A stretch of 62,966 nt of DNA, the filler included, from Stramenopiles sp. TOSAG23-6 (Eukaryota), in NCBI GenBank assembly GCA_900128565.1. It is 8 parts of 8 records of this genome, joined end to end, with 100 filler letters (N's around TTAATTAATTAA, not from the genome) between each part and the next. Parts side by side here need not be neighbours in the genome. Positions count along the whole stretch, not along the records: positions 58,574 to 59,971 come from LT639117.1; positions 60,072 to 61,469 come from LT639118.1; positions 61,570 to 62,966 come from LT639119.1; 5 more parts are not named here. One strand, 5' to 3'. The translations under genes and the position numbers were made by a program. This document shows, in pieces, positions 58,574-62,966 of the stretch. The notes under the pieces were generated by a model, which was not told the origin of the DNA, searched no databases, and saw only the letters and a program-made list of their open reading frames with translations. Each line of letters starts with the position of its first letter. Within the stretch, counting starts at the first letter, position 1.

Positions 58574-58912
58574 ATTCTCGCCAAGCTTTGTTCGAGTAGT
58601 AAGTTTATCAATTTCAACCTGATAAAGCTTTAAGAGTGAGTCAGTTGAAGAGTCATTTTTGCTCACTGATTGCCGAAAAGCTGTCATCGCTTTCGCCAGT
58701 GCTTTGCGCGATTCATTTCCTCTTAGCTGTGCATCAATAATACGAGAACCACATACTTCAAAAGACTGACGTTGATTTTCGAAATGCAGCTTCTTCCACT
58801 GTTCAGACACGTCAATAATATGGGGAACTTGATCCTCACAGGAAGAGTCCGTCTCATATTCTTCGTCAGTGTCTCCGAGTAAATTTGAAGCTAGCCCAAA
58901 CATATCATCCAT
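58574..58912 (-). CDS. CASP/CUX1 N-terminal coiled-coil (golgin) protein, 5' fragment
   Basis: SRKALAKAMTAFR...LLKLYQVEIDKLTTRTKLGEN. Confidence 0.7.
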
Positions 58913-59206
58913 TGTGCCTAGATCTCACTTCAACAAGGCAGGTAAAACTACTACGTGAAAATCTTTTACGTATACAATGTCTTCAATAATAGGGTAATTT
59001 TATTTGTTATATTTCCCTTTGAGATCTCGGTTTTTAGGTTTTTTGCGAATAAAATTTTTCAATATTATATTGAGGCTTGTTAGTTAGGTTTAGTTAGGGT
59101 TAGGGTTTCCATTCAGTCTCATCTCGCATGTTGAACAAACAAGTCCACTTTATTTTTTATTTACAGGTCAACTTCGCAAATTTCACTATTTCTCAAGACC
59201 TCGTAT

Positions 59207-59919
59207 ATGCCACTATTTACTCTTGACGCGAACATATGTGCACCCAATAAATGCGAAGTTCGCTCTGGAACTTTTTTTGATTCAATATGTACCCCAGCAA
59301 CTTTAATTTCGACTCGTGGTGGAGCTACTCATTATCTAACACCAGACATGGTCACACGTACTACTGGATCTGGTAGTGCGTTTGCGTTAGATATTGGCGC
59401 CTTACGGGGTAGTTTCCCCCATGATATGCTACGAAATCCAAATGTTGATTTGCACAGTTTTTTAGGATTTAAAAAGGGTGGCCATAAACTTTGCCTTTTT
59501 GATCGCAGTATTTTTGATCAGCCAGTACCGGGACAAAACAGTGATAACCTTTTGAAAACGTCAACAGCATCAGGTGTCAAAATAGTTAACCCAAAAGAAC
59601 ATTTCCGAGTAATGAGCGAGATTGCCCCAGATTGCTTTATGTCATTGCCTGATAGCATTTCAATGGATACAGCATTAGGTCGACGCAAACGGCTTGAGGC
59701 TTCAGTAAAGCGAACACTGAAGTGGCTTGATGTATGCTTAACTGCTGCTGCAAAAGATTCAAATAAACATCAAATATTGGGACCAATTGTTGGTGGTCAT
59801 CATGTCCCATTGCGTCGTCTTAGTGCAGAAGAAACAGCAAAACGATCAGAAAATCTTGCAGGTTTCGTTATCACTGATGTTGGTTGTGGTTTACCGAAGG
59901 GAGACTTTGTGATTCTTAT
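59207..59919 (+). CDS. QTRT2: Queuine tRNA-ribosyltransferase accessory subunit, first exon
   Basis: TPATLISTRGGATHYLTPD, APD.FMSLPD, SVKRTLKWLD, GPIVGG; donor at 59920. Confidence 0.75.
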
Positions 59920-60071
59920 GTATGTTTTATTTTTTTTCAATTTCGAATTTATTTTTCGTACGAAATTTTGTNNNNNNNNNNNNNNNNNNNNNNNNNNNNN
60001 NNNNNNNNNNNNNNNTTAATTAATTAANNNNNNNNNNNNNNNNNNNNNNNNNNNNNNNNNNNNNNNNNNNN

Positions 60072-61354
60072 CCAACAACAATACATATATTGTGAAAAAA
60101 TTTTTTTTTTTTTTTTTTTGTAAAATTTGATTTTTTTTTGTTAGGTACAAAATTTACTATGAAAAAAAAAATTTAAAAAAAAATTTAAAAAAAATTTAAA
60201 AAAAATTTAAAAAAAAATTCAAAAAAAAATTCAAAAAAAAAACATACACGAAAAGACTCTCCAACAAAACGAAGTGTCATCAAATAAAATGTAACAAACA
60301 ACAGCCGATCCAATAATTACAAATATACCAGCAACAGCAATTCCTCCTCTAGTAATCCATGTAATGAAAAAAAAAAATCAAAAAAAATCAAAAAAAATTT
60401 TGTTAGGTACGAAATTTTTTTACGAAAAAAAAAAAAAATCAAAATTCAATTTTTTTGTAAAAAAAAAAATAAAATCATACATAATAATTTTTCCAATAAT
60501 TTCAAATCTTCTTCACGCTGTTCTTCTTTTGTCATTTTTTCCATTTCAGCTTTTGATTTAGCAGTTGATGATGTAGTACGTACAGCAAAAATACCCAAAA
60601 TTGAACAGAAAATACCGAGACCAGCAATCCAGAAAGGTAATGCCATGGCATGTATTATGAAAAATAACAAAAATGTCCGAAAAAAAAAATTGTTAGTTAT
60701 AAAAAAAAAANGTCCNGAAAAAAAAAAAAAAATTCTGAAATTTTTTTTTGTTCCAATATAAAAAAAATATAAAAAAAATATAAAAAAATATAAAACATTA
60801 TACAACATACATTCCATAATTGATCCATACCTAAATGAGGAATTTTACGATCCATTGGAAAACTTGGAAATGGTGATAAATTATGGACATCCTATATTGT
60901 GAAATTTTTTTTTTTTTTTTTTTTAAATTTGATTTTTTTTGTTAGGTACAAAATTTACTATAAAAAAACAAAATTTAAAAAAAAACATGAAAAAAAAAAA
61001 AAAACATACATGTCCATCGTGTATCTTAGGAAAGCATGAGGCGGTAGCACCATAAATTGTGGTATATAATTGCTGAAATTTTGACCATGCTTCAGTACCT
61101 TGAGTAAACTCAGCTGCGCCGGAAGGGACAACATTCTCAATATCAATACATGCATTTATATGAGTTGGATTTGTAAAAACATTTTTTGCACATTTTGATT
61201 TAACAAATAATTTCATTTGTTTGCCATCATCTTTTAAAAAGAAAGTGTTAAATACGTTTTGTCCAAAATTGACTCCGCATGATCCAGCTGACATTCCACA
61301 AAATCTTGATCCATCAGTGGTTCCATTACAAGAAGCCACAGGTAGTGATTTACA
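60072..61354 (-). CDS. Internal exons of a membrane protein, probably H+-translocating pyrophosphatase
   Basis: Spliced (introns 60892-61009, 60650-60810, 60359-60480, 60085-60247): AMALPFWIAGLGIFCSILGIFAVRT...LLWITRGG...WRVFSCIVVG resembles mid-protein H+-PPase helices, preceded by a Cys-rich insert. Confidence 0.55.
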
Positions 61355-61404
61355 CTGTATAGTGAAACAATATTTCAATTTTTTTTTTGGTACAAAAAAA
61401 CGTT

Positions 61405-61447
<43 letters not shown>

Positions 61448-61651
61448 TTTTTTACCTAAAAAAAAAAAANNNNNNNNNNNNNNNNNNNNNNNNNNNNNNN
61501 NNNNNNNNNNNNNTTAATTAATTAANNNNNNNNNNNNNNNNNNNNNNNNNNNNNNNNNNNNNNNNNNNNTTTTTTTTCAATTTCGAATTTATTTTTCGTA
61601 CGAAATTTTGTACCTAACGATTTTTGTTTGAAATATTTTTCCGAAACACAT

Positions 61652-62872
61652 GGAATGTAAAGATGAAAGCTACAGTTACAAAACTTGAAATTCGTTCATT
61701 GGTAACAATTAAAAGCTTTACTTCAGTTCCACTTCAATTGCTTCCACTTTTACATTTTCAACGGGCCTCAAACGACAATTTGAAAAATACAAAAAATACA
61801 AAAAAAAATACAAAAAATACAAATAAAATGATGAAATTTTTTAATCGAGTCAAAGAAATTTCAAAAATTACAAAACATATGGATAGTACACATAACCCAC
61901 AGACAAATCCGAAACATTTGAATGAAATTCATGAGTGTACTCGTTTTTGTTTAGATGTATGTTTTCAAAAAAAAACAAAAATTTTAACTTTTTAATTTTT
62001 TTCGTACGAAATTTTGTACCTAACAATTTTTTTTTTTTTTTTAAATATATCCTCAACAAATATGCTTTTGAAACGTATTCTTTACCATTATCTGATGCGG
62101 TTGCATCTGCAATTGTTGTAAAACCAATGTTACATTTCATGCAAAATAAACAATCCAACACCACTAACCCTAATCCTGCTCATCATTCAAACCATGGTGC
62201 AAAAAAAAATACAAAAAATACAAAAAATACAAAAAATATGCATGTTTTATTTTTTTTCAAATACGAAATTTTTTTTATAGTAAATTTTGTACCTAACAAA
62301 TTTAAGTTTTTTTTTTTTCAAATATTTTTCCAAAAAATATGAGTAATGTACAGTACGACGCGGCAGTGTCATTTAGTCAACCTATACCGATTCAACAACC
62401 CATTAGCACAGACGAAACAAAACACACTACAACAACATTTAATAAACAGTCTAACCCTAACCCTAATGATAATGAAATAATAGAAGCTTATCGACTCAGT
62501 AGTAATGTTTTATTATCAAAAATTGGATATACATGTATGTTTTATTTTTTTGAAAATTTGAATTGTTTTTTTTTATAGGAAATTTTGTACCTAATGAATT
62601 TTTTATTTTTTTGAAAATTTGAATTTTTTTTTTTTTTTTATAGGAAATTTTGTACCTAATGATTTTTTTTTGAAATATTTTTCCAAAATACATTTCATTC
62701 ACATGTTTCTGTAGTAAAACACGTGCAGGGCGATATTGAAATATCATTTTTTGCTCCAATTACACTTAATAATTTTTTACCATATGAAGTCGAATTTAGA
62801 CTGCAATATTTGGATAAAGATAAACTTGATTTCATTGATAAAGTAAAATGGATCGTTAAGGACAAAAGACAT
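61652..62872 (+). CDS. Internal exons of a probable VPS13-family protein
   Basis: Introns 61957-62063, 62240-62340 (GC-AT) and 62535-62693; the last exon ISFFAPITLNNFLPYEVEFRL resembles VPS13 adaptor-binding repeats. Confidence 0.45.
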
Positions 62873-62929
62873 GAATGTTTTATTTTTTATTTTTTTTTAA
62901 TCGAAAAAAAAAAAAAAAAAAAAAAATCG

Positions 62930-62962
<33 letters not shown>

Positions 62963-62966
62963 TTTT

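Noticed and set aside
59081-59108. TTAGGG/CCCTAA telomeric repeats (also about 21969, 28798, 28842, 62455)
   Set aside because: Only about two units each, mostly encoding NPNP or TLTL within exons; not a telomere.

Overview
AT-rich eukaryotic (protist) genomic DNA, not prokaryotic. It is eight assembly contigs joined by artificial N50-TTAATTAATTAA-N linkers (about 11655-11754, 23383-23482, 35088-35187, 46789-46888, 58474-58573, 59972-60071, 61470-61569). Gene content suggests a flagellated unicellular eukaryote, possibly a stramenopile (inference): Wee1 kinase, MYST acetyltransferase, FANCI, RRP43, UBXN11, LRRC43-like, NUDT6-like, QTRT2, CASP, site-1 protease, H+-pyrophosphatase, PPR and DCD proteins. 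The main discovery is a non-canonical intron system. I can delimit 34 complete introns of about 90-200 nt by restoring reading frames. Only 5 are GT-AG; 27 end in AT, one in TT and one in AC. Donors include GT, GC, GG and AT, plus GA in two truncated copies. Most share the architecture (C)AT|GTATGTTTT...TTCGTACGAAATTTTGTACCTAAC...AAATATTTTT..CAAAATACAT|, and the two ends are complementary with compensatory changes, which points to an introner/MITE origin or structure-defined splicing. Other notable features: a 4.1-kb two-gene Tc1/IS630 (DD34E) transposon with 110-bp TIRs whose second gene carries an AT-AC intron, a secreted DUF4116-EEP-ADP-ribosyltransferase fusion, tandem secreted kinases, an F-box/ankyrin gene of giant-virus style, and two probable assembly chimeras. 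All family calls come from motif recognition by eye; no database search was run, and splice junctions are predicted, not RNA-verified.
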